Positions 23,429 through 24,000 of a stretch of 24,000 bases of DNA are shown piece after piece (the first letter of the stretch is position 1; each line of letters begins with the position of its first letter). The DNA is from an uncultured Phycisphaerales bacterium (GTDB taxonomy: Bacteria > Planctomycetota > Phycisphaerae > Tepidisphaerales > Tepidisphaeraceae). The stretch covers positions 22,945-46,944 of the forward strand of contig CALJLN010000010.1 in the NCBI GenBank assembly GCA_937982565.1, read 5' to 3'. Under the pieces are notes generated by a model that saw only the letters and a list, made by a program, of their open reading frames with translations, was not told the DNA's origin and did no database searches. The position numbers were made by a program, and so were the translations under genes.

Positions 23429-24000
23429 CTACTTCTTCTTCCGGGCATCGTCCCGGAAGACCTCTTCGATTGTCGTGGTGATCGTCGGCATCGAACCGGC
23501 GGACACCTTCGGCTCCTGAAGGCTCCCACGGACGTGAATCTGCAACAACTCGTGTCGCGCGCCCCGCAGAAGGTCGCCGACGATCGGAACGTTGGGCCAC
23601 AGGGTCGAATCGGTGACGAAAGTCATCTCCACGTTTTTTCGATCGAAATCGAGCAATCCAGTGCCCGTCATTCTCATCTGCTCTGCGGCAAGCTCGATCG
23701 ACTCGAACATCACCTTGTTGCCTTCAACCCCATAGCTGACCGAGCCGCGCTCAAACGGCTTTGTAACCGGCAGCGATAGGTTGGTGATCTGCATCAACCC
23801 AAGCAGTAGCGGAATCTTGTAAAGCTCTTTCCCCTCGACCACCACATCGCCTCGACCGCGCCGGCTTAATGGATCATCCCACGCGCCTTCGATCGAGAGG
23901 CTGGCGGTAAGCCGTCCCTGTAGTTGCGGGGCGGCATCGGCCACCAGTTGTGTAACGTCGGCATCGCGCAATACCAGCGACATGCCATATCGCGAGGGAC
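23429..24000 (-). CDS. 3' portion of a larger gene; C-terminal region resembles AsmA/TamB-like envelope proteins (partial, runs off the window)
   Basis: The frame stays open upstream of the ATG at 23983 to the window edge, so the gene is probably truncated by the window. The beta-rich C-terminus (VVVEGKELYKIPLLLGLMQITNLSLP...IHVRGSLQEPKV) is reminiscent of the AsmA_2-type C-terminal domain. The family call is weak. Confidence 0.4.
   Translation of the reverse strand, partial: PSRYGMSLVLRDADVTQLVADAAPQLQGRLTASLSIEGAWDDPLSRRGRGDVVVEGKELYKIPLLLGLMQITNLSLPVTKPFERGSVSYGVEGNKVMFESIELAAEQMRMTGTGLLDFDRKNVEMTFVTDSTLWPNVPIVGDLLRGARHELLQIHVRGSLQEPKVSAGSMPTITTTIEEVFRDDARKKK

Noticed and set aside
1-24000. 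Mobile element, prophage, defence island or CRISPR content
   Set aside because: I found no transposase, integrase or recombinase, no terminal inverted repeats flanking a block, no spaced repeat arrays, no tRNA attachment site and no obvious compositional break. The gene content is housekeeping throughout.

Overview
This is a chromosomal, housekeeping-dominated window from a moderately GC-rich bacterium (composition judged by eye, not computed). I saw no rRNA, tRNA, CRISPR array, transposase, integrase, phage gene or recognisable defence gene.

Gene content:
- The plus-strand block 6-12371 is a rearranged, interrupted division/cell-wall (dcw) cluster. In order: murB, an AraC-HTH+receiver regulator, a PEP-CTERM secreted protein, ddl, ftsQ, an uncharacterised polytopic membrane protein, mraZ, a 941-bp spacer with no convincing CDS, rsmH, a bitopic LysM protein, an ftsL-like gene, ftsI, then citrate synthase.
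- Next come an S41 C-terminal processing peptidase (-) and argS (+).
- A minus-strand run follows: murI, a HEAT-repeat lipoprotein, a Zn-dependent alcohol dehydrogenase and a QueC-like protein.
- The window ends with a CheY-like response regulator (+), a LOG/TIGR00730 protein (-), an aldo/keto reductase (-), a DUF2807-type lipoprotein (+) and the 3' part of a large AsmA-like gene (-) that runs off the window.

Nothing here looks like a classic accessory island. The items worth a second look concern how the division cluster is built and regulated:
- The 3' module (murB-ddl-ftsQ) sits directly upstream of the 5' module (mraZ-rsmH-ftsL-ftsI).
- There is no ftsA/ftsZ after ftsQ.
- An orphan membrane protein start-overlaps ftsQ.
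- A LysM protein with FtsN-like architecture lies between rsmH and ftsL.
- A phased triple GTGG/GTGT repeat upstream of mraZ is a likely MraZ operator.
- The mraZ-rsmH spacer is unusually long and hairpin-rich, and contains a canonical intrinsic terminator.

Outside the cluster, two proteins are unusual. One is a QueC-family protein with a degenerate PP-loop. The other is an AraC regulator with a C-terminal receiver domain.

A PVC/planctomycete-like origin is only an inference. It rests on the ftsZ-less ftsQ context, PEP-CTERM, the HEAT lipoprotein and weak Shine-Dalgarno usage. All family assignments come from reading motifs in the translations, not from database searches.
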